DNA from: Octopus sinensis
Taxonomy: Eukaryota
Assembly: GCF_006345805.1 (NCBI RefSeq)
Contig: NC_042997.1
Coordinates: forward strand, 100,564,001 to 100,628,000
Direction: 5' to 3'
DNA length: 64,000 nucleotides
Below, piece by piece: positions 63,540-64,000 of this stretch (its first letter is position 1; each line of letters starts with the position of its first letter). The position numbers and the translations under genes were made by a program. The notes beneath the pieces are model-generated. The model saw only the letters and a program-made list of their open reading frames with translations. It did not search any database and was not told the origin of the DNA.

Positions 63540-63850
63540 TTCCTTTCAGCACGTAAAGAGCACCATCCGAACGTGGCCGATTGCAGCGCCGCTTTGACTG
63601 GCTTCTGTGCCGGTGGCACGTAAAAAGCACCAACCGATCGTTGCTGCTGCGAGCCCCCCTGGCACCTGTGCCAGCGGCACGTAAAAAGCACCCACTACAC
63701 TCACAGAGTGTTTGGCGTTAGGAAGGTCATCCACCTGTAGAAACACTGCCAGATCAGACTGGAGCCTGGTGCAGCCTCCTGGCTTCTCAGACCCTGGTCA
63801 AACTGTCCAACCCATGCTAGCACGGAAAACGGACGTTAAACGATGATGAT
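63540..63850 (+). mobile_element. Family C retroposon repeat, young copy
   Basis: Tandem units ...GGCACGTAAAAAGCACC..., then CCCATGCTAGCACGGAAAACGGACGTTAAACGATGATGAT tail. CpGs are intact. Confidence 0.82.
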
Positions 63851-64000
63851 TCTCCCTCTTTGTTTCTCTCTCACTTTCTCACTCTCTTACTTTTCTTTTC
63901 TCTCGGATTCTCCCTCGCTTTCTCTTACTCTCTATCTTTATCTCTCTCTCTCCCATTTATAAACAACAAAAGATCTTGAGTAAGTTGAGAAATAAAATAT

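Overview
AT-rich, repeat-dense animal genomic DNA, most likely from an octopod cephalopod (inferred from the SINE families, microsatellites and intron sizes). Two spliced protein-coding genes could be reconstructed by hand. (1) A minus-strand TPR protein homologous to fungal Acl4, the assembly chaperone of Rpl4. Ten exons from 21857 down to the stop at 5103 splice in one frame with canonical GT-AG junctions to about 384 aa. The exon supplying the first base of the first visible codon was not found. (2) A plus-strand CDCA7-like gene with a putative start at 37497 and exons at 48076, 50077, 51394 and 55314. Its C-terminal zinc finger is not visible in the window, and an E2F-type site lies in the putative promoter. 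Most other sequence is transposon-derived: RTE, CR1, RLE-type and Penelope-like retroelements, several tRNA-derived SINE families, piggyBac, mariner, maT, Tigger and hAT elements or MITEs, and non-autonomous Helitrons. The most unusual structures are a perfect 31-bp hairpin made by fold-back inside a SINE, a variant minimal hammerhead-like fold in a Penelope-type terminus, a mariner MITE built from two 5' ends, and a dimeric higher-order tandem array. There is no CRISPR array and no intact RNA gene, and I found nothing I can defend as a new multi-gene system. TE family calls come from recalled motifs, not database searches, and TE boundaries without TSD evidence are approximate.
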